Of a stretch of 64,000 bases of DNA, positions 1 through 12,779 are shown in pieces. Source of the DNA: Chara braunii. Lineage: Eukaryota > Plantae > Charophyceae. Positions within the stretch are counted from its first letter, which is position 1, and each line of letters starts with the position of its first letter. The DNA lies in assembly GCA_003427395.1 (NCBI GenBank), contig BFEA01000033.1:4958355-5022354 (forward strand), written 5' to 3'. The position numbers were made by a program, and so were the translations under genes. The notes beneath the pieces are model-generated. The model worked only from the letters and a program-made list of their open reading frames with translations. It was not told the DNA's origin and ran no database searches.

Positions 1-37
1 CAATACCTGCCATCGCTGTCGTGTTCTCACGAGAGAA

Positions 38-141
38 GGTTAGGGGACCCTAATTTTCAGACCACTTGCCATGCCCCCGAAACCCTAATTTCAGTTTTGG
101 ACTCGTTACCCAGGGCCTGAAAATGGGGGTCCCCGTTAACC
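38..141. mobile_element. Tiny TIR element (GGTTA...TAACC termini) with telo-box
   Basis: GGTTAGGGGACCC at the left is inverted to GGGTCCCCGTTAACC at the right. Internal CCGAAACCCTAATTTCAG is shared with the 52998-53375 insertion. Confidence 0.5.
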
Positions 142-480
142 ATTTGTGAAATCCCCAGATCTCTCTACCAGGCCTCACGCTCCTGCTACAAAACAGGTCA
201 CAGGGGAAACAACCCAGCACCAGCCACCGTCGTTCTGGCATCAGCAAACCAAGAGCTCAGAACACTACTACTCCAGCAAACACCAGCCAAGAATCGGCTA
301 TCCCTGAAATCCTGTTATCCATAATAGAAGAAAACAAATGTCGCTCAGGGAGTGTCACAGGACTCACAGCCAACTAAGGTGGACATAGCCTAATTAGCCT
401 AGTTAGGGATGTACTACGCCTGTCCTGGTTCTTTAAAAACAGCCGTCTGTCTCCCAGGCACTTGTGCAGTACTGAAAAAG
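142..480 (-). repeat. Fragment of the LINE-3'-derived repeat also at ~22.3-24.5 kb and ~26.9-28.6 kb
   Basis: CCCCAGATCTCTCTACCAGGCCTCACGCTCCTGC...CGTCGTTCTGGCATCA recurs at ~23012 and ~27578. Boundaries approximate. Confidence 0.45.
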
Positions 481-611
481 TTAGTGCTTAGAAATTTCCT
501 CCCCCCCTCCTCCTTCCCACCCTGTCCCTTCGCTGCCTCCGCCGACAGTCAAAATTAGAAGACCTTCCCCGTCAGCCCCAACTTGGAGCAGTCCCATTCT
601 CTTTTTTTTTT

Positions 612-795
612 GGGGTAACTTCGGCGCAGTCACGAAAACAGTTTGTAATTGCACTTCAGGCAATCCCGCGAATACAACGCCCCCCCGCGCGACCCCACCG
701 GACCCAAAATGTAGGTCATATACATTCAGCATTAACGGCCCTTTTGCCTCAAGTGCAATTACAAACTCAAACCCTGACTGCACCGTAGTTTTCTC
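612..795. mobile_element. MITE with ~50-bp imperfect TIRs (possibly Mutator-like) in a T tract
   Basis: Left end GGGGTAACTTCGGCGCAGTCA...GTTTGTAATTGCACTTCAGGCAA matches the reverse complement of the right end, GAGAAAACTACGGTGCAGTCA...GTTTGTAATTGCACTTGAGGCAA. T runs on both sides. Confidence 0.7.
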
Positions 796-1660
796 TTTTT
801 TTTTTTTTTGGATGTGGAATGTTCATGCTAGCATTGATTACCCTGAGATCCAGGGGATTGACTGAGCAGTAGACTGGGGGGAAGGGGGAACCACTTCACC
901 CTGAAACCGGCGCCAGATACACCGCTACATGCTAGTACCTCCCTCCCCCTAAACCCTGCTGAGTCCATGCTAGCTGGAAACCGGGTCCAGCGTCCCATTA
1001 CCTGCCTGGGTGCCATGCGGGAGAAAACGGAAGGAGCCACTCGGGGGCACCAGTGGAACCTCCTTTCGTCCCCCTGCCCACCCCATCTTTCTAAAACATC
1101 TAAGACAGCTCTTACATCTCTTGTGTTAAGAACTCCGTCAAGGAGAGAGCATGGGGCGGAAAGGGGTCTGGGAAGTCTGAGAGGGGCGCAAAGGGAAAGA
1201 GGATTCTATGTGGATCCGATCTTTGAACACCAACTTGTAATCCCTTAAATCCACCAAATCTCGTGGTCGTCCGGCCCTGTCCCCTCCTCAAGTGACCTTT
1301 GCTACCCTTCCCTTTCGCCGCCCAACCAATCCATGCAAAATGCTGTAATCACTCTCCTAATGTCGGTGGTTTGTGTCAAAAGATCTAGTTGTGATTTCGT
1401 GTCAGACCATCCCATTTCTTACACCCTACAACCTAGATAAATCCAGTTCCCACCCAAAGTATTCCTCTGCCTGCCCCATACCCTAATCTGCCTCCGCTGA
1501 GGTTTGATGTTCGCTTCACGTCCACCCCAGCCCCAGAGTAGAGTATCAGCCACAGTCTGCTCATACCCCCTCCCGAGCATCACAACCCTCCTTGTGAAGC
1601 CCGTGTAGAGCAGAGCTCACCCCCTCCAAGAAACTGTCATACAAATTTTGAAAGAAACAT
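796..1660 (-). mobile_element. 5'-truncated L1-like LINE 3' fragment
   Basis: Poly(T) (= minus-strand poly(A)) followed by the shared motif GCTGGAAACCGGGTCCAGCGTCCC at ~973-996. Right boundary approximate. Confidence 0.5.
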
Positions 1661-1758
1661 TGATACCACGGAAGAGGAACAAAGAAAAAACATGCGAAAT
1701 TTAGAAATCCATTTTTTTGAAAAGGGGTTGAAATGAGTCTGAATTAGTGGGGAAAACT

Positions 1759-2939
1759 TGGGATGCACAACCTCACGCCCCGCGCAGTGTTCTGTACTGC
1801 GGACGCCGATCAGAGTAGTTAGGGGCGTGGCCGAGGATTTTTGGCCATGGGGGTTGAGCCACCCGGTCGAAACGGGGGACTCCTGCTTCAGGCCAAGGTT
1901 CCCAGGATGGGGTTTGAGCTGTCGTTGGGCGAGCGGCAGTGTCCTACGACCCGACGGTCGTTCGCCCCATGGGAAAGGGAATAAAACAAAACGAGAGGGG
2001 AAGGGAACTCTGTTGCCTGAGGCGTGTGGTTCTCGCGGCCCTTGGGGGTGGGGACCCCAGAGACCGGTTTAGGCTTCGCTTTCCGACTCGTCGAGTCCGT
2101 GCGGACGGCGCAGCACGGGCTCGCCCGGGGTTGGGCATGTCGAAGGGACCCAAGTTCGGAAATGGGCGGGGAGCGCGGCCGCGTTGCGGGAGAGTTCTGG
2201 GAATCGAGTTGCCCCTTCGTAACCCTAGACCAACCGTCTTCACGAGCAAGAGTCTCCCTAGCGACACCAGTGACAATTAAACTGCGGTCGCGAGCTGGCG
2301 TGCATGGCGGACCAGGGCAACACCGTGAGGTCCGTGTACGGCAAAATTAAAGGCGGGGAAGCAAATCTCTCAATCAGCACAAACCCACTCCCACCTATGT
2401 GGCACGGCTGGGTTCGGTTATAAAGCTGGATTGGCTCAGTGCGCCGCAGCAAGCTCCGCACGTCCACATCGCAGTATATGCCATCGTCGTCTGCGATTAG
2501 GAAGGGCGGAAGCGTGCTGCGACGCTCTGAGACAAGGTCCGAGCTCGGGCCACGGCCCACGCATCCGTCCGTCGAGACGAAACCTGGCTCCATGCAAAGA
2601 TCAACAGATGCCGCAAAAGAAGGTCACGACCAGCTCTCTTTCTTCGTCTCTTCTCTGTATCATCAACCTCAACGCGGTGTTGGGCACCCATGGGGAATAT
2701 TGAGAGACAGTGAAAGGAGGTTGACGTGCATCACATGTACTAGCGCAATTAATTAAAAAAAAAGGAAACGGCGAGGACTGATGCATTCATGCCCTCATGC
2801 AAGCCATCGACACTCAATACTTTCGCTCATCAGGCCCAGAGGCGCACACACCCACACACATACCCATAGAGCCTTCAATGAAACATTCTACATCAATGGA
2901 CTTTCATACCCGACATGCATAACAGATTACCCAACTTTT
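1759..2939 (-). mobile_element. LTR (U5-side part) of a Ty3/gypsy family related to the 49169-62886 element
   Basis: The reverse complement of 1759-1880 (...CCCCCA..CCAAAAATCCTCGGCCACGCCCC..ACTCTGATC...GCGCGGGGCGTGAGGTTGTGCATCCCA) parallels the LTR end at 62760-62886 (...CCCCCA..CCTAAAATCCTTGGCACACCCC..ACTCTGATC...GCGCTGGGCGTGAGGTTGGGCGTCACA). Confidence 0.7.
2712..2939 (+). repeat. Left copy of ~228-bp direct repeat flanking the 14.2-kb insert
   Basis: GAAAGGAGGTTGACGTG...GATTACCCAACTTTT, about 14 differences by eye from 17147-17375. Confidence 0.95.
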
Positions 2940-3740
2940 AACGATGTTTTCGTTAAAAATGAAATGTTTTATGAAAAGTGAACATACCTAAATTATCAAT
3001 TTCCGACAAAACAGACGTCAATGATATTTATGAACAGAATAAGAAAAATTTCAATGTATAAAAAATATAATGATGAAAAGTTTAAAGAACTTTGAAACAT
3101 ATAAAGAACTATCAGCCTATGTTGTTAACAAATGAAAGTTTTTTCATAACATTCATAATAATACATGAATACCGTGAAAGAAAATCTGTGTTTGAAAAGT
3201 TCATATGCTGGGCAAAGCGGCCACCGTCATATGGCTTGTAAAGGGGTCTCAACCCCTTACATCGCCAAGTGTCGTGAGTTAGGAATTTCAAAGAACAAAA
3301 GTGCATAAAAGCAAAAACATGGTCTGGCCCCCAGACAGATAGCACCCCGATTTGTAGTAAAAGAATTTTTTTGCCATCATACTCTTGAGTCGGACTTAGC
3401 TAACTTAAAGTTCGCAGGTGCTATTTTCTATAATTGTAAAATGTTCAATCTTCCAGAATATTGATATAATTTTGTCCATGATGTGCAGGGTCCCCTTACA
3501 TCTCTAAGAGTTGTCACTTAAGAAAGACCTAGAGTGCTTAATATAAAGCAACTCTGGTTTGACCTCCGGACAAATTGTACGGTGACCCCGATTTGCAGTA
3601 AAAGAAACATTTTGCCATCGTACTTTGAACTTAGCTAAGCTATCTATCTTCTATTATAAACTATTCAGTCTTCCAAAAGAGTGGTATCATTTTGTTCCTG
3701 ATCTGCAGGTTCTCTGTATTCTATATGCACTTTTATTCTT

Positions 3741-4280
3741 TCATATTCCCCGCAACAGGAGATGTCGCACATATTTGATTGTCGTGTCAACAAGGGCATC
3801 CACTAATGTTTTCAACATCGGTTGTTCTCTAATCGCTCTCCGAAATGTTGCTAGCCTTCGCAAATCAACGTTATCTGCATTGGACGTGCTTGCACTTGCA
3901 GAGTAGTCATTATGAATAAGAAATGATACCGTGCAACATCCTTGGATGCATGCATCTACAGAAAACAATATCGTGACCTTCAAATTATTGTAGTAGAATT
4001 TCACTGCAGAGTAATACAACTGTGAGAATGGCGTGAACACCTCTCGTGGATACATTCCCAACCCGTAACACGGACGACCACAAATGTAGAGATACTGTCA
4101 AGGACAATCTTCCCGATGGTGCGGTGCGACGTCCACACCTTAGACACTGACTATTGAATCTTCAAGAATGACTTCAGAAGTAAAAAATATTGTTCCCATA
4201 TCACGCCAGAAGTTTCTTCCCTATACGATGTCATTGGGCGACCATCCAGTAGTCGTAAATGGTTGGACCATTCTGCGAAA
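3741..4280 (-). pseudogene. Decayed gene remnant of unknown function
   Basis: The 106-aa ORF 3741-4061 reads protein-like (…VDLRRLATFRRAIREQPMLKTLVDALVDTTIKYVRHLL) and continues upstream through in-frame stops. Confidence 0.35.
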
Positions 4281-6769
4281 TAGCAAAATACGGTTCAAAT
4301 AATATTTGAATGAGACAAAATTAAGGCTAACATTCTTCACCATCAGAAACGTTAACGTTCTTCATCATCAGGAAGAGCAAGGCATATCATAACTTTTTCT
4401 CTCGCTAATTTTAGAATGTGCAGTTCATTCTCCAAGTGCGATACTTTTAGTGTTCATCTCCACAAAATACAATTTGCATGTTGCCATCGCTCAAGTTACG
4501 TTTTGTCATTTTCAGGAATGTGGACGCATCCTTTTCAGAGCAATAGGTCATGGACCGTTTTTCTTAAAAAACCCGTTTCTAACTTTGATTGATTCACGAG
4601 ACCGTTTTTGTGTTGTACATGATGACTAATAGGAACCGCTTTCGATGACGCTCATCTGCACCCGTCATTATGCCGAAGACATTGGATTTCAAATCCATGT
4701 CGGGCATCTGCAACCTTCATCGTGTCGAACACGACGACTTTCGAACGCCTCGTCATCCAATTCTTGAGACTACCCACATCATTGGCATGTTGTCGTGACA
4801 GTTCGTCGTTAAGAACCTTCCGTATGTGTCAAATAGTCGGGAGTTCGAAGTCCGGACCACGAAAAACACTATTGTAGGGGACACGCGACAACTTCCCCAA
4901 ACGGAAGGTTTCCTTGAAGACAGTCGTTTTCCCGTGGAAGAAAGTTGTTTCCTGATACTGCATTAGACGCAATGTAATCGTTCGTCGACCATTTGCTGCG
5001 TCCTTCGGTTAGGCACCCGATAGGGTGAGACAGTCTTTAGTCTTCGACACTGACCACCATGCACATATGCCATACAGTCGATCATCCGCCATCCATAACA
5101 AAGACAACACATGAGACATCTCTGCTCCTTGTGGTCTACACCACACACGTTTCCTAAGACACCACACCATCCACCAATATTATTTTAATCGTGATTGGTG
5201 GACATCCCTTACAATTTGTTACCGACGACCTTCCGTATGTGCCAAACAGTCGGTCGTCCTCGACTTGGATGACCGAAAGCACTTTTGTAGAGACCAGACC
5301 AAAGACAGTTGTAGAGGCAACGGTTGTTGGTGAAGGATGCGTGTGTCCACTGTTCAGCACCATTTCTTGTCGTGTTGCCTTGACAACAGTCCATGTCAGT
5401 GTTTGATTTGCAATGGAGTGCCTACTGCGAGCTATTGACGGGAAAGTTATCGTGTTGGACACGGTAAGTGACAATGAACTAGTCCATCTCATGCTATTCG
5501 TCACTCGATGACATTGTATATATGCCAAACAACCAGAACAGGACATCAGATAACAAACGATACCCCATCGTCGGACTGTGTCTGTTGCCGAGAGTGCCAA
5601 CCATATTCGGTTGTATGGAGCAGTTTCACAACCTCTGGACACCGTTCGGAGTACCTTCATCAGTCGGTGAGCAATAGAGTATTGAGCCCTTATCATTTAT
5701 GGGCAATTTGTCGTGTTGGACACGACACTTGACGAGGACCGCCCACGACGACATCCAACGATGCAGCGCAAAGGTGAGTCTGACACAGTTTGTTATCCAC
5801 GACCTTCCATATGTGCCAAACAATCCATCGTACGCTCGTCAGATGACCAAAAACACTATTGTAGAGGACGGATGGTACCTTTCTCGGACAGACGTTTTCC
5901 AATGTGACAATTGCTGCAGAGAGCGTCTGCCAAATAGTGCCTATCGTATGAAGTGCCTTGAAAAGTCGACTACGACTGCAATAAGTCATTCACGCAAACG
6001 TCGACGAGTCGGTCACGATCACAGTTGTTTACCAGAAAGTTCGGGCACCACGGATGGCAGGACACGACAACTGCTGGCAGGTTGTTGTGTCGGGCAGGAA
6101 AACACAAATCATGCATTGAGGTTGAATCATCGTGTTGGACACGACGTCCGCCAGACAGTCTATCATTTCGCACACCACGACAACCTCATAGACGGGATGC
6201 ATTGAGCACCTTTCCTAGTTCCAACCTATGGACACGACAACGACATCACAAACACAATCACCATTGCAAGGTTGAACAAAGGTCAGACATCGCGGTTGGC
6301 ACCACGACCTATGACAGTCATCATAGAAGGAACAACTGGTCACCTTCGGGTTACGCAGAGAGGTTATGCGATTTATGAAAATATAGGTCATTCAGGCGAA
6401 CGTCGACGAGTTGGTCACTATCAAAGTTGTTTACCATAGTTCAGGCATCACGGACGGCAAGACACGACAACACAAATCATGCATCGAGCTTGAGTCATTT
6501 TGTTGGACACGACGCCTACCGGACAGTCTATCGTTTCACACACAACAACAGCCTCATGGACGGGATGCATTGGGGGTCTTTCCCGACTAGTTACGGGTTG
6601 GACATGACGACCACATCACGGACACAATCATCGTTGTAAGGTTGAACAAAGATCAGGCATCACGGTTGGCAACTTGGCACCACGACCTGTGGCAGGCATC
6701 ACAGAAGGAGCAGCGACCGCTGGTCACCTTTGGGTTACAAAGAGAGGTTATGCCCGACAACGTGATTGT

Positions 6770-7500
6770 TGGCCAGGTTATCTTGAGGTTGGGTCATTGT
6801 GTTGGATACGATGATTGCCCGCAGGTTATCGGGACGGAGATGACAACGGCCTCATGCACAGGACTTATTGGGCATCTTGCCCGACTGGTTATCGGGTTGG
6901 ACATAACGACCACCTCATGCACTACATGTTTTGGGCACCTTGCACGCCCGGTCATCGGGGTGGACATAGCGACCACATCATGCAAAGGGGTTAGTGGGGG
7001 AAGTGTCCGACAATGTGACTGTTTGACAGGTTATCTTGAGGTCGATTCATCGTGTTGGACACTATGACCGCCGAAAGGTTATCGGGTTGGATACGACGAC
7101 AACCTCATGCACGAGATGTATAGGGCAACTCGCTCGAATGGTTATCGGGTTGGACACAACAACCGTCCCATGCACTGGACGTTTTGGGCACCTTGCACGA
7201 CCGGTTATCGGGTTGGACACAAGGACTACATCATGCACAGGGGGTCATATGAAGTCGAGGAAGTGCCCGACAATGTGACTGTTTGGCAGGTTGTCTTGAG
7301 ATTGAGTCATCATGTTGGACACGATGACCGCTGGAAGGTTATCGGTTTGGATACGACGAGAACCTCATGCACGAGATGTATAGGGAAGCTCGCCCGAATG
7401 GTTATCGGGGTGGACATGACAACCACCTCATGCACTGGATGTTTTGGGCACCTTACACGGCCGGTTATTGGGTTGGACACGACGACCACATCATGCACAG
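6770..7500 (+). repeat. Higher-order tandem repeat: 3 x (3 x 63 bp + spacer)
   Basis: GGTTATCGGGTTGGA-like starts at 6824/6887/6950, 7077/7140/7203 and 7337/7400/7463. Confidence 0.9.
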
Positions 7501-8155
7501 AGGGCAGAGGGGTCATATCAAGCCACAAAACCTGCACTGAGGGCATTTTGTTGACGTCTTCAAACGAAAAACGCGCGAGGAAAGATAAAGATCGTCGATT
7601 ATTGATATCAACAGCTTGCACAAACCCTTCCCAAGTACTGCAGTCTCCAGACCAACAATTCCAAGACGAGCAAGCAAGAGATAGTTGTCGGGCACTCTTA
7701 GACGGTGGGTCAATAACCGTCAATTACCTGGACAGTGGACCACGGTCTTGTGAAGCAGATCGTCGATTCGCGCAGTAGTCGCTTTGTTTGGTCAGTGCTG
7801 CCAGCAGCAGCTCGTTCCGCGGACGAATGTTCGCCGCACCACACCCGATCGTCAATGATGGGGAACGCAAAAGCGTTCATTTCAGCACACCCGCTCGCGA
7901 AATGAGGTTGTTGCTCGAGTGGAAGGTGTTTTGAAAAGAGGAGGCATCCAGTGACAAACACCCGTTCATGCCCCCTTTGTGGCATAGGGCCATCGGCACC
8001 GTCGTTCTGATACGATCAGAAGGCCGACGGTTCGTGGGAAGATACAGGCCTTAGAGTTTAACATCCATGCCCTCTTTGTAGCACAAGGCCATCGGCACTG
8101 TCGGTTCGATTTGATCAAACAACCGACGGTTCACTGGAGGAGACATGCTCCAGAA

Positions 8156-8393
8156 TATATAAAGACGAGTGGGCCCCCTTCTCCATTTTGCATTCTCATT
8201 TGTGATTCAGCGTGCGCGTTAGACTTCAGCACAGGTCAGGTTTTGTTTGCGACATTTGGTGAGTCAAAGGCAGGCCAGCGAAAAACACCCGCTTGTCCCC
8301 GCTATTTGGCACAATGCCATCACCACCATCAGTTCGACTCGATCGGACGACCGTCGGTTCGTGGGAGGAGACAAGCTCTGCAGTATATAAATA
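8156..8393 (+). promoter_or_regulatory. Duplicated TATA-box module at the cassette centre
   Basis: TATATAAA at 8156 and TATATAAATA at 8384. Each lies in a duplicated block (CGGTTC..TGG.AGGAGACA.GCTC.. TATA ..GAGTG.GCC...TTCTCCATTTT.CATT). Confidence 0.4.
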
Positions 8394-8889
8394 GGAGTGA
8401 GCCTTCTTCTCCATTTTCCATTTTCCTTTCAGTCTCTTGTCACGTGGCAGAAGAGAGTGAGTGGGACGGTGGCATTGTTCCAAGGCGAGGAGCACGGTTG
8501 GAGCGGATATTCGTAACGGAAGAGAAGAGAAGAGAGCGAGTGGGGTCGAGACGGCGCCGAGCTATCTGGGCGTTGCTCCAAGGCGAGGAGCACCTTCGGA
8601 GCGGATCTCGGAGTGGAAGAGAGAGTCGGCACCGTTCTCTGAGGCGAGCAAAGTTAGAAGGACAACGAACAAACGGTGAGGATTTTTCCCGATCCCCGAT
8701 TTGAAACCACGAAGAGCCACGTGGCAGTTTCGGTTTTGCAGTTGTCGTATCGAACACGACAAACGCATAAGTAACGGGTTCTCCAGAGTCGCATTGCACC
8801 GGACAGTGTCTCCGTCGTTGTGTTGAACACGACTGTCCCCTGACGGCGTCCTCGTGTACTTCGCAAGGCAGGGATGTGCATCTGCTGCA

Positions 8890-10260
8890 CTGGTGGTCGT
8901 TGTCGTGTTTAACACGACGACCGCCCGTAAACATATCATGCCCACGGCTAGCTAGCACCCCGCGTGAGTGGTGTGTAGTTGTGGGCAAGGGTTGCACTTG
9001 CGGTGGTTGTCATGTTGAACACGACGACCCCCCATAAACGTCTCATGCCCACGGCTAGTTAGCACCCCGTGTGAGTGCTGTGTAGCCGTGGGCAAGGGCT
9101 GCACTGGCGGTGGTTGTCGTGTTGAACACGGCGACCGCCCGTAAACGTCTCATGCCCACGGCTAGCAAGCACCCCGCGTGAGTTTTGTGTAGCCGTGGGC
9201 AAGGGCTTCACTGGCGGTGGTTGTCGTGTTGAACACGACGACCGCCCGTAAACGTTTCATGCCCACGGCTAGCTAGCACCCCGCGTGAGTGTTGTGTAGC
9301 TGTGGGCAAGGGCTGCACTAGCGGTGGTTGTCGTGTTGAACACGACGACCGCCCGTAAACGTCTCATGCCCACGGCTAGCTAGCACCCCGCGTGAGTGTT
9401 GTATAGCTGTGGGCAAGNNNNNNNNNNNNNNNNNNNNNNNNNNNNNNNNNNNNNNNNNNNNNNNNNNNNNNNATAGCTGTGGGCAAGGGCTGCACTGGAG
9501 GTGGTTGTCGTGTTGAACACGACGACCGCCCGTAAACGTCTCATGCCCACGGCTAGCTAGCACCCCGTGTGAGTAGGCCGCATGTTGGTAAACGGTTGGA
9601 AACATGGACCCGACCCTCCTAAACGATTGGCCGCATCATTTCACGTAATTCCAATGTTGGTTCCAACTTGTGAGCAAGTTGAAAACTCGATGAAAATTTT
9701 CCACAATTTTTCTGTTGTTGTGTAGCCATGGGCAAAGGCTGCACTGGAGGTGGTTGTCGTGTTGAACACGACGACCACCCGTAAACGTCTTATGCCCACA
9801 GCTAGCTAGCACCCCACATAAGTGTTGTGTAGCAGTGGGCAAGGGCCTATTTGCTGCACATGCGTTGGTTGTCATGTTAGACACGACGACCATTCGTCAA
9901 TGTCTCACATTGCCATGGTTGTCGTGTCGAAAACGACAACCACCGTCAACGTCTCTTGCCCACGGCGACCTAGAACGCGGCTTGAGTGTTGTGCAGCCTT
10001 GGGCAAGGTCTACATAACACGAAGGTAGCGCTGCATCGCTGCTATGCTGGCGGTGGTTGTCGTGTCCAACACGACGACCATCGATCAAATTGAATGTGTC
10101 ATGCCCACGGTTATCGTGTTCAACACGACGACCGTCCATCAACGTCTCATGCCCACGGCTAGCTGGCACGGCTCCTGGAATGAGGCATTGACGGACGGTC
10201 GTCTAATGCGGGTGTCTCATGCAACGGATGTGTAACACGAAGCCGTTGTGGTTGTCGTGT
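8890..10260 (+). repeat. 107-bp tandem satellite, each unit with the 25-bp palindrome GGTTGTCGTGTTGAACACGACGACC
   Basis: Unit starts at 9001, 9108, 9215, 9322. An N-gap lies inside the array, which degenerates rightwards. Confidence 0.95.
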
Positions 10261-10299
10261 TCGACACTATGATCTATCGGTAGCTCACCCTAGGGAATA

Positions 10300-11350
10300 A
10301 GAGTTTTAGGGTCAGTCGTGGTGTTGAACACGACAACCACCACCAAAACAAGCGACCCATTTTCACTCACTACCAAGTCGGTTAGGGCACATCGGTTGAG
10401 TAGAGGATGCTTCATCGTTTCGATACGAGGGGTCCCCGTGTCTCTCTCTACGACCGTCCCTCGGGCACTCCGGCCTTGTGCAAAGGATTTCGTCGTCGCG
10501 CCGAATACGATCGAGCTTTGGGCGGTTGTCGTGTTGAACACGACGACTGTCCCTTGGGCAATCCGGGCTTGTGGAGGGAAGACCGTCCATCGGGCACTCC
10601 GACCTTTTTCAATGGACGTCGTCGCATCGAACATGGTCGCCCTTCGGGAGGTTGTCGTGTTCGACAAGATGGTGCCCTACCACGCATAAGGCAAGGTCTG
10701 CATAGAACCGGGTCAATGACTGCTGCAACGAGGGTATTTGTTGAAGAACCTTTGGGCGGTTGTCTTGTTCAGCACGACGACCTCCATCGTGCACTCCTGC
10801 CTTCTTTTAACGGACGTCGTCCTGTCGAACACGATCGCCCTGCGGGAGGTTGTCGTGTTCAAAGACGATGGTGCCCTTTTTTCACAGGGTTAGGTTTGCA
10901 CAGCACCGAGGCAAGGGCTGCTTCAACGGGCGTGTGTGTTGGGATCAACACTTGGTCTGTCGGTCGTGGGTGGGTGTTATATTGCCATTCGCTGGAGCAA
11001 GGAAGGGAACAAGAGTCCCGATTACAGTGAATGTTTCATGTGCTTTTGAGTTCTGGATTTCTTGCAGACGTATGGGAGGATGCGGTAGACTGACTCTCGT
11101 TCGCATGTGCAACTCGTTGGCATGTGAGGTACCGGGGCACCGGATGTGTTGCAGAAATGGGCCACTTATTTCGGTTTGGTTTAAGTCTTCAGGGCGTCAT
11201 ATGTTCGACACGACGTGTCTCTTTGTCTCTGCTTTAGTGGGGTGTTTGTCGTGTTTAACACGACAACCGTCCCTCACGCACTTCGACCGTTTGCAAGGCA
11301 TGTCATCGTCGTGTCGAACACGATCGCCCATGAGGGGGTTGTCGAAGACC
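10300..11350 (+). repeat. Degenerate tandem units carrying the same palindrome
   Basis: Recurrent GTTGTCGTGTT(G/C/T)(A/G)ACACGAC followed by CCGTCC(C/A)TCGGGCACTCC. Confidence 0.75.
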
Positions 11351-11399
11351 GTCCTTTGGGAGCATCGTTATATTCGTTTTCGCATGGGCCGTGTGCTTT

Positions 11400-12367
11400 T
11401 GCTAATTGAAACCATTGTGGTGTGAAGGGTTCTTCGGAGTCGCGATGGACATCTCACACTTAATGACCCCTGCTATTTGGCACGAACACTTGGCACACCT
11501 TTTCCCTCCCACGCGCTGCTCGTCCGCGGATCTCGAGAGTCCACTGCGATCGATAGTGCGAGTACGGGGGACTTTGAGTCCGATCAGTGGATGACGGTCG
11601 TCTCGTACATCGATGATCACATGGACTCCTGAGGAGAGCCTCACTGGGAGAAGATGGTCAGGGAGTGCCCAATGCCCATGGGCAGAGGACTATAAGTTCG
11701 CTAATATGCTTGAGTGGGGACGTTATATTCACGTGCCTCATGATGTCCTCAGTCCAGTCCGATTGCATCACTTGTGTAAAAAGTTGAAATCTGACCGCTA
11801 TTACAATCTCCTCGACTGCCAATATGTGATAGTCTCCCACGCACATGGTGCCGTGTGATGAAACAGGAGTTGCTTGACTGTGCCCGACATTCTGAGTTCC
11901 TGGATCAGTATCCTTTGCGATCTCCTGGGCTATCGTCTCGAGCAATGTCGTACTACTGCATCAGATTGTGTCTAGCAGCGTTCGTCTTCTGCAGGGTCCT
12001 CTGCGTTGTGTGTTCGAACAAGAATAGGACCTTAACTGACGTTGTGGTGTACATGTCCAGGAACGAGTTGGAAATGGCTAGAGGAGGGATGATTTTAGTT
12101 CAACGAGAAGTCGAAGGGAAATGGGATGTAGTGATCGGTGGTAAGGTGGACGATGTCGACACATGGCGTGAGGTTGAAACGAAAGTGTCGTTTATATGGG
12201 ATGCTATAGGCATTTCTCTGGTCGGCAGGTCCGGATTCGTCCGCATGACATATATTTCAGTGTTTGCGGATGACGCTTCCGCCGATGAACCACAATATCT
12301 GACGTTCGGATCACCAATTAGAATGTTCAATGACTACATGACTACAACAGCTCGCCGTCATCGGTAG
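11400..12367 (+). pseudogene. Decayed gene remnant of unknown function
   Basis: Chain of protein-like ORFs (11406-11594, 11613-11858, 11855-12367) broken by stops and frameshifts, followed by an AT-rich 3' region. Confidence 0.4.
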
Positions 12368-12779
12368 ACTTTCTGCACATTCGACAGTTTTTTTTTTGCG
12401 ACTGTAGATGAAAATGTTTAGACTGCAAGTTTCCCAATTTTGTTGGTCTTCTAGCGCTTTTGTTGTCAATTATTTGAAGTCAGTTTCGGTTCAATCGGTC
12501 AGCTTTTGGTTGTCTGTATCTGTGGCCTCATGAACAAAATGTTTCAATTTTTTAACTATTGGTCAAATGTTATCAATGGTACATGCCTTCGAAGCATTTG
12601 GTTTTCTATATTCGTGGTCTAATGAACAAAATGTTTCGATTTCATGATTGTTGTTCAAATGTTGTCAATGGTATATGCCTTCATGCTACGAATGTGGATT
12701 TGACTATCACGTGACGAGCAGGGATTGTGAATAATCGTCCGATGAGTCCTCCTACTTTGGATACTCACGGTTTTATATC

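Noticed and set aside
2820-2836. Hammerhead core CTGATGAGCGAAA on the minus strand (also ~17257-17270)
   Set aside because: No room for stem II, and no convincing stem I/III or cleavage triplet.
8890-10260. CRISPR-like array (palindromic repeat at regular spacing)
   Set aside because: The intervening sequences are near-identical rather than unique spacers, there are no cas genes, and the context is eukaryotic.
5154-11425. Many overlapping 100-220-aa ORFs
   Set aside because: By-products of stop-poor tandem palindromic repeats on both strands.
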